A DNA stretch of 64,000 nt from IMG/VR virus record IMGVR_UViG_3300037189_014399, positions 1 through 64,000 of that record; one strand, given 5' to 3'. Below are positions 35,029-44,257 of the stretch, in pieces. The notes below the pieces were generated by a model. That model saw nothing but the letters and a program-made list of their open reading frames with translations. It made no database searches and was not told the DNA's origin. Position 1 is the first letter of the stretch, and each line of letters opens with the position of its first letter. This DNA comes from a virus. The position numbers and the translations under genes were made by a program.

Positions 35029-35733
35029 TTACTGAGCGGCGAGAATTTCCCTTGCAATTTCTTCAAGCTCAGACTTAGTGGATGGCCGGAGAGCTTCGGG
35101 TCCTAGTGGCTTGAATTTGTTAAGGATCTCAGCAGCAGCAACAGGATCAATCTCCCAATCCTCTGCAAGGTCACGTTCCTTGACTACTTGAATTGAGTAG
35201 GTGGTCTTCGTGCCTGTACCTGACTTAGCTACAGCCCAGTAGAGATCATTACGGTGGATTGGACCTGTTGCCTTTGAAGTTGAAAGCTTCTCAAGCTGAG
35301 AGAACAAACGTACGCCAACAACCATTAGCTGTACTTTTGGTTCTTCTTCTCCAGTCAAGTTAACAACGCTGAATGCAAACTTGCGTTCAGGACGATTGCC
35401 TACTCGCTCTAGCGGATCTCCGCTCCATCCAATGAATGACTTCTTTCCTGGACGTTGTACCCAGTGTTGCAAGAACACCATAGGTTCATCGCTAAGGAAC
35501 TTAATTAGTTGCACATCTTCTGTGAACTTAAAATCTGATGTAAAAGAAGCGCTGGCTTCGTCTTTAGCTTTCTTAGCTGCAGCCCAACCAACCTGGATCA
35601 CTGATGAGCGATCCGGCACTTCGTTCTCATCCTCTTCTTCGAACACATCGGGATTGAACTCTTCCATATCTGGTGAGTATGTGTCCATGTTTACTTCATC
35701 CTTGCGAATACGCAAGCTGTTATTAGTTGTCAT
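35029..35733 (-). CDS. probable single-stranded DNA-binding protein
   Basis: OB-like pattern (IKFL, QHW, KSGTGTKTTYSI); adjacent to polymerase. Confidence 0.6.
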   Translation of the reverse strand: MTTNNSLRIRKDEVNMDTYSPDMEEFNPDVFEEEDENEVPDRSSVIQVGWAAAKKAKDEASASFTSDFKFTEDVQLIKFLSDEPMVFLQHWVQRPGKKSFIGWSGDPLERVGNRPERKFAFSVVNLTGEEEPKVQLMVVGVRLFSQLEKLSTSKATGPIHRNDLYWAVAKSGTGTKTTYSIQVVKERDLAEDWEIDPVAAAEILNKFKPLGPEALRPSTKSELEEIAREILAAQ

Positions 35734-36214
35734 TTCCATTTCCATTTCCATTGGCAGTTTCATTGGCATGAATCTTAGTCCATGTTTCTACCAATTCAAT
35801 TGATAGATCACGATGTCGATTCCAATCAATCCTAGGGGCTTCGAGAAGTCCCCGAGATTGAAAGCTCTGTAAGGAGGACTCTATCATAGCACGACTGTAC
35901 ATACGCCAGCCTGGCTTTTTCTTACCGTCCACCATCATTGATTTTAATCTATATGGTGCTTTAGGGATATACCCCTTGCGTTCCCATAGTCGTACAGTAA
36001 CTAATGGCCTACCCAGCGCAGCAGCAAATGCTCCAGCGCTATAGAGCTCAAGTGTCTTGCCATTAGGAAGCTTTTTTATAACTGGCTTTACTTCCCAGTT
36101 ATCTTTGTCAAGCTTTTCTTTTACAGGCTTCTCGACAGCACGACGTTTACGTTTGGAACCAGGATAGAACTCATCAAGCTTTCCAAACATATCATCAATT
36201 GCGTCCTTGGCCAC
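35723..36214 (-). CDS. MerR-like HTH DNA-binding protein
   Basis: YSAGAFAAALGRPLVTVRLWERKGYIP...RMYS. Confidence 0.75.
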   Translation of the reverse strand: MAKDAIDDMFGKLDEFYPGSKRKRRAVEKPVKEKLDKDNWEVKPVIKKLPNGKTLELYSAGAFAAALGRPLVTVRLWERKGYIPKAPYRLKSMMVDGKKKPGWRMYSRAMIESSLQSFQSRGLLEAPRIDWNRHRDLSIELVETWTKIHANETANGNGNGNDN

Positions 36215-36296
36215 GGCACTCCTTACACAAGTAAACGCTAGTAACTCCGAAGAGTGTTAAGTCCTCGGAGGTACCGCATTTAAAACATACGTTCAT
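36195..36296 (-). CDS. zinc-ribbon micro-protein, 33 aa
   Basis: hand translation CFKC...CKEC; ATGA overlap. Confidence 0.5.
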   Translation of the reverse strand: MNVCFKCGTSEDLTLFGVTSVYLCKECRGQGRN

Positions 36297-36378
36297 TTAC
36301 ATCCCATGCAGTAATTAGGTACACGAAGGTTGGCTCGAGCAGTTTTATACTCACGCCCACAATGTGAACAAGTTACAT
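36293..36378 (-). pseudogene. zinc-ribbon micro-ORF with out-of-frame start
   Basis: CSHC...CMGC frame; coupled ATG (TAATG) is followed immediately by TAA and is out of frame. Confidence 0.4.
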
Positions 36379-36824
36379 TAACGCTTTGATGGTACGAATG
36401 CCCAAGAGATAGTCTTGGGATACATAGAGTCAATTTCGTCTTCCGAAATCTTACCTGTATAGAGGGCAGCAAGTACCTTTTCTTCGTTGACCATCGGGAC
36501 CATTTCAACACAGTCTTCATATAGACCACGCTCCTTCAATATGCGCTCTGCTTCTTCCATGTCAAACTTCTTTGTGACACGACGCTGACGCTGTAGTGAT
36601 GTGTAACCACTGATCTCTTCTGGCAACTGAAGCCAGTAGTGACCCTCGGTATCTTCTTCTCCGCTAAGTTCTACTGCTTCCATCAAGTCACCCTTGATTT
36701 CATTAGAAGCTTTAGTTAGCTTATCGATCTGAGTTTTGTAATTTAAAAACTCACGGATTTTTGTTAGGAGTTCTGACTCCTGCTTATGATGCGGCTCTCT
36801 AGCCGGTTCTGCGATCTTTGGCAT
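36378..36824 (-). CDS. hypothetical protein (Gam/gp157-like coiled coil)
   Basis: AAGGAGG SD; N-terminal coiled coil. Confidence 0.65.
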   Translation of the reverse strand: MPKIAEPAREPHHKQESELLTKIREFLNYKTQIDKLTKASNEIKGDLMEAVELSGEEDTEGHYWLQLPEEISGYTSLQRQRRVTKKFDMEEAERILKERGLYEDCVEMVPMVNEEKVLAALYTGKISEDEIDSMYPKTISWAFVPSKR

Positions 36825-36858
36825 AGCACCCTCCTTAAGGTGTACCTACAATAACACA

Positions 36859-36887
36859 AAACCCCCCGGTTTCAAAACCGAGGGGTT
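36859..36887 (-). terminator. intrinsic terminator
   Basis: AACCCC-C-CGGTTT / AAACCG-A-GGGGTT. Confidence 0.55.
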
Positions 36888-36904
36888 GTGGGTAAGTCCG
36901 TGTA

Positions 36905-37051
36905 TTAATCCTCTTTTATGTACGCCTTTAGGGCTTCGATAATAACGTCTGTGACGGTTCGCTTGTCCTCTGCAGCCTTTACCTTCACAGCTGCCCATAA
37001 CTCTGACGAGACACGAATAGTGCGAGTTGGGGTCTTTGGTGCGTTTGGCAT
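36905..37051 (-). CDS. ribbon-helix-helix DNA-binding protein, 48 aa
   Basis: hand translation TPTRTIRVSSELWAAVKVKAAEDKRTVTDVIIEALKAY; AGGAG SD. Confidence 0.8.
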   Translation of the reverse strand: MPNAPKTPTRTIRVSSELWAAVKVKAAEDKRTVTDVIIEALKAYIKED

Positions 37052-37058
37052 TTCTCTC

Positions 37059-38639
37059 CTAGATCATTGCGGCCTGTAAGAATGACCTCAAGCTACCGGC
37101 CGTAAGGTTGACACCTCCACGGTCATTAATGCCCTCACCATCTACAACAGCGTTAGCTACTGCCGTCTTCTGTTGAAGCATGGCGTGTTGACGTTCTTCT
37201 ATTGAACCTCTTACGAGTATGTCTTGTATGACGATGTGGTTCCATGTGCTTGAGGCACGCTTTATTCTACCGTTTCTTTGCACAGCTAGCCCGGCATTCC
37301 AAGGTAAATCGTAATTAATTAAAAGATTAGCTTGAGGTAGATCTACACCATATCCTCCAGCATCTGATGAGATCAGTACACGACATTCTGGATCAGTTTG
37401 AAATTCAATCTTTGATTTCTCTTTTTCTTTTGCAGACATACGACCGGTGTACTTAGCAGACTTGTATGGAATAGCCTCAGCTAATAGGTCTACCATCTTT
37501 ACATAGGATGTAAAGATTACAATCTTATTGCCATCGTAATCTGATAAAAAGTTATCTACGTATTCTTTTACTACATCAAGCTTGACTGGCTTGAGTGGAG
37601 CATCTAGGTATCCCAACTCTTTTAGGTCTGCAGCGTATGCCGATCCCTCACCAGTTAATGGGCTGTAGATATTTGCAGAATGCTTTACTAGATCTGGGTG
37701 ATCACATAACATGCGTAGGCAAGTTAGTTTAGACATGATGCGACCACGGAGTTCATCCATGATGCCGCCCTGGTCAGATCCTCCGTAATGATCAAAGAGA
37801 TCAAAGCTTGATCCAAAGGAGTTAAGAGCATCGTCAAGATCACGAAGTAGATCATCAGCTATGTGCTGATAGAGCTTTGCAGCTGAGGAGTTCATATCTA
37901 CCAGAATAGGTTCAGCTGTAATAGTCTCAGGTAGATACGGAGCTACATCAGGATCTTGTTGACGCTTACGTACACACGCCTTACTTAAAGCCTCATGAAG
38001 TGTGGGTAGGTTTCTGTAACGATCTACTCCACCAAACTGGTTTCGTACAATGAATGTCTTGTCAAACAAATCAAATCTTCCAAGCACAGATTGATCTACG
38101 AACTGCATGATTGAGTACAGCTCTTCAGGTCGTCCGTTCTCTACAGGTGTTCCGGTAAGAGCAAACTTGTAACGACTGTCTAGCTTCTTTATATACTTAG
38201 ATCGTTTTGATCTGAAAGACTTGATTGCTGTTGCTTCGTCAATAACGATGAAGCTTCTGTTGAGCTGCTGTACTTGCTCCCAGTCGTTAACAACCTGCTC
38301 GTAGTTAATAATGACGTAATCAACAAGCGAATGCCCCCAGTCGAGGGCCTCTGTATATTGCTCGAGTCGTTTCTTTGGCGTTCCGTCAATGACCAAAGTG
38401 TTTGCATGTCCATCGGTAAACTTTTCTATTTGTGCGGCCCATTGATATTTCAATGAGGAAAGACAAATTATAAGGCCTGGCCCTGTAATTTTCCCCTCAT
38501 CTCGAAGGCGCTCTATTGCTGCAATGGTAAGTACTGTCTTACCAAGACCTAGGTCATAGGCAACAAGCATCTTACGTCGCTCGACCATACGATCAACAGC
38601 TTCTGGTTGATAGGGTAGGAGAGTTCCTGTAAAGGTCAT
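37059..38639 (-). CDS. SNF2-family helicase
   Basis: DLGLGKT, DEAT, LTGTP, GGYGVDL, QRNGRIKR. Confidence 0.92.
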   Translation of the reverse strand: MTFTGTLLPYQPEAVDRMVERRKMLVAYDLGLGKTVLTIAAIERLRDEGKITGPGLIICLSSLKYQWAAQIEKFTDGHANTLVIDGTPKKRLEQYTEALDWGHSLVDYVIINYEQVVNDWEQVQQLNRSFIVIDEATAIKSFRSKRSKYIKKLDSRYKFALTGTPVENGRPEELYSIMQFVDQSVLGRFDLFDKTFIVRNQFGGVDRYRNLPTLHEALSKACVRKRQQDPDVAPYLPETITAEPILVDMNSSAAKLYQHIADDLLRDLDDALNSFGSSFDLFDHYGGSDQGGIMDELRGRIMSKLTCLRMLCDHPDLVKHSANIYSPLTGEGSAYAADLKELGYLDAPLKPVKLDVVKEYVDNFLSDYDGNKIVIFTSYVKMVDLLAEAIPYKSAKYTGRMSAKEKEKSKIEFQTDPECRVLISSDAGGYGVDLPQANLLINYDLPWNAGLAVQRNGRIKRASSTWNHIVIQDILVRGSIEERQHAMLQQKTAVANAVVDGEGINDRGGVNLTAGSLRSFLQAAMI

Positions 38640-38848
38640 CGCTCAGCCTTTGCCCAGCTTCTGTGGTTCTTAATGTAGACAGCCATGTATGCAACTGATC
38701 CTAGGTAGAAACCATATTGCTTAGTCTGTGTAGCGTAGATCAACCAGAGAGTTTCATTAAAGAACAATACAACCCAACCCAGTTTGTTTTTGGTACCCAC
38801 AATAAATGTACCTGTGATGCCGCATATAGCTAGGACCCAAGACCACAT
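38636..38848 (-). CDS. PnuC-like half-size membrane protein
   Basis: three short TM segments, GW...W...YG pattern. Confidence 0.6.
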   Translation of the reverse strand: MWSWVLAICGITGTFIVGTKNKLGWVVLFFNETLWLIYATQTKQYGFYLGSVAYMAVYIKNHRSWAKAER

Positions 38849-39789
38849 TAGATTAAAGCCGCCTCTCCCATTACACAGTGCTTCGAGTTTTCAAGAGACC
38901 AGTCTATCTGATCTTTTGTCATGTCTCCAATGTCTTTGACTTCAAAGTCACCGTAGTTAAATACAAAGAACTCAATGCCTTCTTTTCTCAGCTCTTTAAA
39001 TAGAACTCTAGTTGATTCCTTGCCGGCAGCATCGTTGTCTAAAGCTAGGATCAGCTTGTCTGCCCTACGCATTATCTTTATCTGGTCATGGCTGATGATG
39101 GCACCACAGGCAGCTACGCCGCCCTGGATGCCTAAGCTATGTAGACGTACAGCATCTAGTGGGGATTCCACAATAATCATTGTTCCCTCTTCCCACTTGT
39201 GTAAGCCAAAGAATGTTCGTGACTTAGGAACTCCTGGTGGGCGATTAAAGAACTTCCTTGTGATCTGACCCTTCTCTTGCCAGCCCATTAAGTTTCCATC
39301 TTCTCCCCTTATAGGAAGGATCCAGGTAGAGTCACCCTCACGCCACAAGACCCCGTAATGATTACAGGACTCAACGGTTAGCTTGCGTGCCTCTGCAGCC
39401 CACTCTGGTACTTCTTTAAACAAACCTAGTCGTCCCTCTGACATAGGAACAATGCGTGGCACTGCATAGTAAGTCTTGCGTGCTTCTTCTAACTGCTCTG
39501 ATACAAAGTTCCAATCAACCTCTACATTTTCATTAAGCCAAGCTTTAGCTTCATCGAGGTTACCTAGATCTAAGTAGTCTGAGATAAGAGTTAATAGGTT
39601 TCCCTTATACCCACAGGAGAAACAATTGTGAAGGCCACTGCCCACGTGAATTCCCCATGAGGGATTTCTATCCTCTGTGCCTGTTACAAACTTATGCATA
39701 GGACAAAGCGCAGTGATGTTGTCACCACGTTGAACACCTTCGATACGAAGTCGAAGCAGGATGCGTTCTACATCCCCGTCCTTAAACAA
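38848..39789 (-). CDS. dnaG: DNA primase (CHC2 zinc finger + TOPRIM)
   Basis: CPMH...CFSC; IVESPLD; LDNDAAG; KDIGD. Confidence 0.92.
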   Translation of the reverse strand: MFKDGDVERILLRLRIEGVQRGDNITALCPMHKFVTGTEDRNPSWGIHVGSGLHNCFSCGYKGNLLTLISDYLDLGNLDEAKAWLNENVEVDWNFVSEQLEEARKTYYAVPRIVPMSEGRLGLFKEVPEWAAEARKLTVESCNHYGVLWREGDSTWILPIRGEDGNLMGWQEKGQITRKFFNRPPGVPKSRTFFGLHKWEEGTMIIVESPLDAVRLHSLGIQGGVAACGAIISHDQIKIMRRADKLILALDNDAAGKESTRVLFKELRKEGIEFFVFNYGDFEVKDIGDMTKDQIDWSLENSKHCVMGEAALI

Positions 39790-40057
39790 GGTTTGGCCGA
39801 TCTACTGGTGTAGGTGCGAGAGCATACGTTCCACAGATAGCACACTCCATCTGTAGAAGGTATGAGGAGATCTCATAGTCAGCAAATGAAACTTTAAGGT
39901 TCCACAAGTTGCTTTCACACTTAGGACATTCATGGCATATAACATCTTCATACTCCATGGTGCCTGTGTAGTCAGGTTTGATTTCTCTAACTGACTTTGC
40001 GACTTGCTCTCCTTCTGATCCGCTTTCGGTCATTGTGATCCGTACCTCCCCACACAC
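39782..40057 (-). CDS. zinc-ribbon protein (start uncertain)
   Basis: CPKC...CAICG. Confidence 0.6.
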   Translation of the reverse strand: MCGEVRITMTESGSEGEQVAKSVREIKPDYTGTMEYEDVICHECPKCESNLWNLKVSFADYEISSYLLQMECAICGTYALAPTPVDRPNLV

Positions 40058-40256
40058 CTAATAGACTTGAGTCAGACAAAGCATACTCTAAACATTCAAA
40101 CTTAATTGAACACCCCATGCATACAGCCTTTGCTGCCTGCACGGTTGCCAAGTACTTAGGGTCATCGTCTTCTGGAAAGAAGAGATCTGGATCTGCATCT
40201 AAGCATGCTTGATCTCCATTAAAAGGAGAAGTTGCCTGTATCGTAAGGATTTCCAT
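39987..40256 (-). CDS. whiB: WhiB-family transcription factor
   Basis: AC...DPDLFFP...CMGCSIKFECLEYAL...GVWGG. Confidence 0.92.
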   Translation of the reverse strand: MEILTIQATSPFNGDQACLDADPDLFFPEDDDPKYLATVQAAKAVCMGCSIKFECLEYALSDSSLLGVWGGTDHNDRKRIRRRASRKVS

Positions 40257-41478
40257 ATTCCTCAAACCTTCCTTGTTCCCAGTCCCATAGTAATTCGGTT
40301 TCAGCAAAGCCACTTGAACGGCTCTTATCAATTCGTAGTACACGTGAGCTATCGTCTTCTTCATCTTTTCTTTGTAGTACAAGTACTACGTCAGAGTCTT
40401 GAACGAATGAAGACGAGTAACCAATAGCATCAGAAGTAACCTTGCCCTTAGTAACCTTGCTACTAAGAACCTGAGTTGTCTGAATAACGGGAATATCAAA
40501 ACGCTGAGCAATACGCTTCATGCCCTGAGTAATGTGTTGTAGATTCTGCCAGCTACCAAAGCGTTGCTCACCACGTGTTGCTTGCTCATCCTCCATAAGG
40601 TAAACACCATCAACGAATAAAGCATCAGGCTTAAACTTTTCTACCTTTGCAATCAAAGCAGTCAAAGTCATAGCAGTGATTGACTCTGTTAGGTAGAAAG
40701 GATGCATATCCTTAGACTTGTCATACCAAGCCTTTAGTAACTCTTCTTCTTCAGGAGTTGACTGTCCACGCATAAATCTATAGCTAGAGATGTGAGAACA
40801 CATACAGTCGTAACGACGTTGCTGTTCTATGTTTGTCATTTCAAAAGATTGAAACATAGGAACAAAGCCATCAAGGTGCAGGTTAATGGCTGTTTGTAAT
40901 GCAAGCACAGACTTACCTGTCTTTGGTGGAGCAATGATAGTTACAAGCTGACCTGGTTGCAGACCACCGGTTGCAAGATCAATAGTTTTAAATCCTGTAG
41001 GCATTCCAATAAGACCATCTGGACGCAGCTTAATATTTGTATATTGCTCCCAGCGTTCTTCGGTAGTCTTTGTAAGATCTACGTCGTGGCTTTCACTTCC
41101 ACCAGTCTGACTGATCTTGTGTAAGCCGGCGCTAAGTATTGTTATAGCCGAGGTGTGATCCCCGGCAGCAATTGAAGATCCTGCTTCTTGAACCGTATCG
41201 ATAATGCTTTGACGATTACGATATTCAATAAGTTGATCTAATAAATACTTTACCGAGTCGTCAACCTTCAACAACCTAAAGGTTGGGAAGTTATCTAAGA
41301 CGGTGACTGCTGTAGGTACTTCGCTGTACTTTACATAGTGCTCACGGATAAATTTCCATACAGCTCTATTTTCTTCAACAAAGAACCAGTCATCTTGTAC
41401 GCCACGTTCTAGTAGGTACCCGATGCTGCGGTCACGGACGGCCTTAGATATAAGCCGGAGTTCGTTATCAGCTGCCAC
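40219..41478 (-). CDS. dnaB: DnaB-like replicative helicase
   Basis: PTGF, APPKTGKS, FEM, FVDGVYL, QDSD. Confidence 0.92.
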   Translation of the reverse strand: MAADNELRLISKAVRDRSIGYLLERGVQDDWFFVEENRAVWKFIREHYVKYSEVPTAVTVLDNFPTFRLLKVDDSVKYLLDQLIEYRNRQSIIDTVQEAGSSIAAGDHTSAITILSAGLHKISQTGGSESHDVDLTKTTEERWEQYTNIKLRPDGLIGMPTGFKTIDLATGGLQPGQLVTIIAPPKTGKSVLALQTAINLHLDGFVPMFQSFEMTNIEQQRRYDCMCSHISSYRFMRGQSTPEEEELLKAWYDKSKDMHPFYLTESITAMTLTALIAKVEKFKPDALFVDGVYLMEDEQATRGEQRFGSWQNLQHITQGMKRIAQRFDIPVIQTTQVLSSKVTKGKVTSDAIGYSSSFVQDSDVVLVLQRKDEEDDSSRVLRIDKSRSSGFAETELLWDWEQGRFEEYGNPYDTGNFSF

Positions 41479-41883
41479 TTATACCCTCTCAAATTCTAGA
41501 TACCAATGTCCATACGAAAGCGCTCTATCGGGAATGTCTACTACATTTTTAACTTCCGGTCTATATGGAAGTTGCGATGCAAAGTCAGACGCTGTCCGGT
41601 ATGCGGTAGAGTAGTTAAACGGATTAGTACCTGAGTTGTCAAGATCTTCCATGACATCTCTCATATCCTTTTTTGTATATCCGAATCCAACTAACTCTAG
41701 TGTGAAGCCATGCTTGTGTGCAAAGTTCCACAACCTTCCTAGGGCCATTTGATTGTATTCAATTTCCTCTGTTGCTTGCAGTATGCCGAGGAAGCGCTTT
41801 CCTGATGGACGGCGTGTAAGAATGCAGTCCAAAGAAACCACTACTCTGAGTGGTAACTCGTTTGAAATATCGCCCCCCTTCAT
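41479..41883 (-). CDS. hypothetical protein (degenerate HAD-like fold possible)
   Basis: VVVSLDCIL; VVDIPD. Confidence 0.65.
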   Translation of the reverse strand: MKGGDISNELPLRVVVSLDCILTRRPSGKRFLGILQATEEIEYNQMALGRLWNFAHKHGFTLELVGFGYTKKDMRDVMEDLDNSGTNPFNYSTAYRTASDFASQLPYRPEVKNVVDIPDRALSYGHWYLEFERV

Positions 41884-41886
41884 TTC

Positions 41887-42174
41887 TTATGGCAGTGTTT
41901 CTACTTTGCCCCAACGAATGAGTAACTTACGGAATGCATCATGAGAATGCTTAGCTTCTTCAATAGCTTCCTTTGGTGCATACTTTGAGATCTCTACAGG
42001 AAAGATTCCATCCTTTAGAGATTGTGAACACCACTCAGTGTGCTTGCACTTGGAACGAGCCTTAAACCCCTTGCAAGAGCAGCGTAGTTCTTTAGCAGTA
42101 GACGCTTCTACTTCATCGACTCCGTCGTCTGACAAGAAGAACTTAATCGTTTTCCATTCCACAGTTAAACTCAT
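41887..42174 (-). CDS. SWIM zinc-finger protein
   Basis: CSC-x8-CKH. Confidence 0.75.
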   Translation of the reverse strand: MSLTVEWKTIKFFLSDDGVDEVEASTAKELRCSCKGFKARSKCKHTEWCSQSLKDGIFPVEISKYAPKEAIEEAKHSHDAFRKLLIRWGKVETLP

Positions 42175-42851
42175 TTCCTTCTATCCCCCTCCATAGAAAT
42201 TACCTGATACGTTGTAAAAGCTTCGTGTAGGAAACTATACATAGATTCCCCATAAACTTCACCCCAGCTTTCGATGGGAACGTTAGTGGTAATAATTGTA
42301 GGCAAGCCGTAATTAAAGCGGGTGCGAAGCAAAGCATCAAATTGATTCTCAGCCCACCCTGAGGCTGTCCTGTATTCTTTGCCAAGATCATCTAGAATTA
42401 GAAGCTTTACATTTTCTGATTTAGATTCTCCGTAGATTGCTGTTAGCAACTCTCGTTCATCCTCATTACCTTCATCCCATTGACGCTTCTCCATACGAAG
42501 AAGCTTTGGATAGTCTGTAAAGTAAACAGGACGATCAGCAATATGTTGCTTATCCCAAATCTCTCTAGGAGCTTTTAGGATCAATGCTTGAGCAATAGCG
42601 CAAGCCAGTGTTGTTTTACCGTGACCAGGTCTGCCAACAAAGAGCAAACCCTTTCCACAGTTTTCTTTGTCGTTACTTGAAATAACCTTACCTGCAAGTA
42701 CGTCATCGATCCAAAGCTGTACAAGTTCGTTCATACGTTGCTTGTACGGCTTTAGATCAGACAACTCAACACCAACGTGCTTTGCAGGAAGCGATGAAGA
42801 TTTAATCTGTGACTTAAGACTGTAAGGTCTTAGTTCGTTTATATCAAACAT
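42171..42851 (-). CDS. DnaC/IstB-like helicase loader ATPase
   Basis: GRPGHGKT, LILDDLGKE, TIITTN, GDRR. Confidence 0.9.
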   Translation of the reverse strand: MFDINELRPYSLKSQIKSSSLPAKHVGVELSDLKPYKQRMNELVQLWIDDVLAGKVISSNDKENCGKGLLFVGRPGHGKTTLACAIAQALILKAPREIWDKQHIADRPVYFTDYPKLLRMEKRQWDEGNEDERELLTAIYGESKSENVKLLILDDLGKEYRTASGWAENQFDALLRTRFNYGLPTIITTNVPIESWGEVYGESMYSFLHEAFTTYQVISMEGDRRK

Positions 42852-42995
42852 CTTTCTTCCTAACTATGTCCACTGCCCATTGAAGTCCTTTGGTTACTGC
42901 ACGATTTAAATCGTCTTCATGTGGTTCCATTACTGCCAAGATCTCTGCTGCGATTTTCTCACGCAGGGTATCTTCGCATTTGCAATTCTCGCCCA

Positions 42996-43958
42996 TCACT
43001 CACCTCCTAACGCTTTCAACATCTCATTCTGCTTACGAAGTAATGACTCTGTCAAATACTGATCTTCTTCAACGGCAACTGCATTGACCTTTGCATGGAC
43101 GGTTGGGTAGAACTTAAAGAACCGAACCATCAGTGATTGACCAAAGCCGGCCTCACGGATCAAGCGTGGGTCGTTAAAGAACATCCGTATGGCTTTAAGG
43201 ACTCCAAGGTGGCTTCCGCCGTCCCGAACCATCTTGTTGATATAAGTTGCCAGGCGAGCGCCGTTAACCTGTCCTGGGACCCCTGGAGCCTTTATACGGA
43301 GCAAGTCATAGAACTCTGCTACCAGGTCTGCGGTTTTCCAGTCTTCCTCAGGTCGATCTGAACGCTCGGCGGATTTAGGTACTGCCTCAAACTTTGTGTA
43401 CTTAAGCTGACGCAGTTTCTTCTTGTCTTCAACGTTGCCTATAGAACCTGGCGCTGTGTCATCGATCTGACCACGCTTTGGTTCTGACTTCTGTTCCTCA
43501 AATGGCCAAGCCATCTCAACCTCCTCAGAAATATCTTCACCGACTTCTGGTAAAGACCTCATCGGGCGAAGCCCGTGAGGAACATTAGAAGTACGTAGTA
43601 CTTCTAATGTATTAACGCTACTAGCTATAGCTAAGCTATTATCTATAGCGGTACTACTGATTGTAACAAGGGGTTCACCGACCGTCGGTTCTTCGATAGT
43701 CGGTGGAATGAAATTAAGCGAATCCTCGCCAAATAAAAGCTGCGTTCCAAAGCGACCATGCTTGGTCTGGTAGCGCATAGCTTTGATGTAACCGGCTTGC
43801 TTCAACTCAGACATGCCGTTTGTAATAGCTGTACGGCCTTCAGGAAGGAAGCCGACGAGTTCATCGACTGTTAGTACCCGACCCATATGAACGCACAGCA
43901 AATAAATAAATCTAGCCTTTGATGTCAAGGCGTGATCTGTGTAGATTTCCTTTTTCAT
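42996..43958 (-). CDS. replication initiator-like protein with N-terminal winged HTH
   Basis: LTSKARFIY...ELKQAGYI; upstream of DnaC-like loader. Confidence 0.7.
   Translation of the reverse strand: MKKEIYTDHALTSKARFIYLLCVHMGRVLTVDELVGFLPEGRTAITNGMSELKQAGYIKAMRYQTKHGRFGTQLLFGEDSLNFIPPTIEEPTVGEPLVTISSTAIDNSLAIASSVNTLEVLRTSNVPHGLRPMRSLPEVGEDISEEVEMAWPFEEQKSEPKRGQIDDTAPGSIGNVEDKKKLRQLKYTKFEAVPKSAERSDRPEEDWKTADLVAEFYDLLRIKAPGVPGQVNGARLATYINKMVRDGGSHLGVLKAIRMFFNDPRLIREAGFGQSLMVRFFKFYPTVHAKVNAVAVEEDQYLTESLLRKQNEMLKALGGE
43563..43706. other. candidate replication origin (palindrome cluster in initiator gene)
   Basis: perfect 13-bp inverted repeat ACATTAGAAGTAC-N3-GTACTTCTAATGT, AGCTATAGCT, CACCGAC...GTCGGTG. 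Confidence 0.45.
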
Positions 43959-43975
43959 TTGCCCTCCGGTTTAAG

Positions 43976-44251
43976 TTATCTTGGTGCGACCCTCTCAGGG
44001 AGTTTGCGAAACTCTCTGGTTGAGACACCGGTAAAAGTTTGCTCTACAAACATGGACAATGTCAAGCCGACAAAGGTTGAAGCGAGTATCGAAAAAACCG
44101 ACTCTCGGTTAAACGGTTCCATAACCAGGCAAGCTACCATAGAAAAGATCAAAGATACAAGTCCACGGAATTTGCCCAGTGAAACCAAAAGACCCTCTAC
44201 AGCCGTTAAGACGCAGGCGGTAGAGAGTCCAGCAATTAATACTAGGTTCAT
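43976..44251 (-). CDS. small membrane protein
   Basis: three hydrophobic segments. Confidence 0.65.
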   Translation of the reverse strand: MNLVLIAGLSTACVLTAVEGLLVSLGKFRGLVSLIFSMVACLVMEPFNRESVFSILASTFVGLTLSMFVEQTFTGVSTREFRKLPERVAPR

Positions 44252-44257
44252 AGTTTC

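Noticed and set aside
35733-35769. (ATGGAA)n repeat giving MEMEMEM N-terminus
   Set aside because: Explained by the NGNGNG tail of the overlapping upstream gene; no evidence of phase variation
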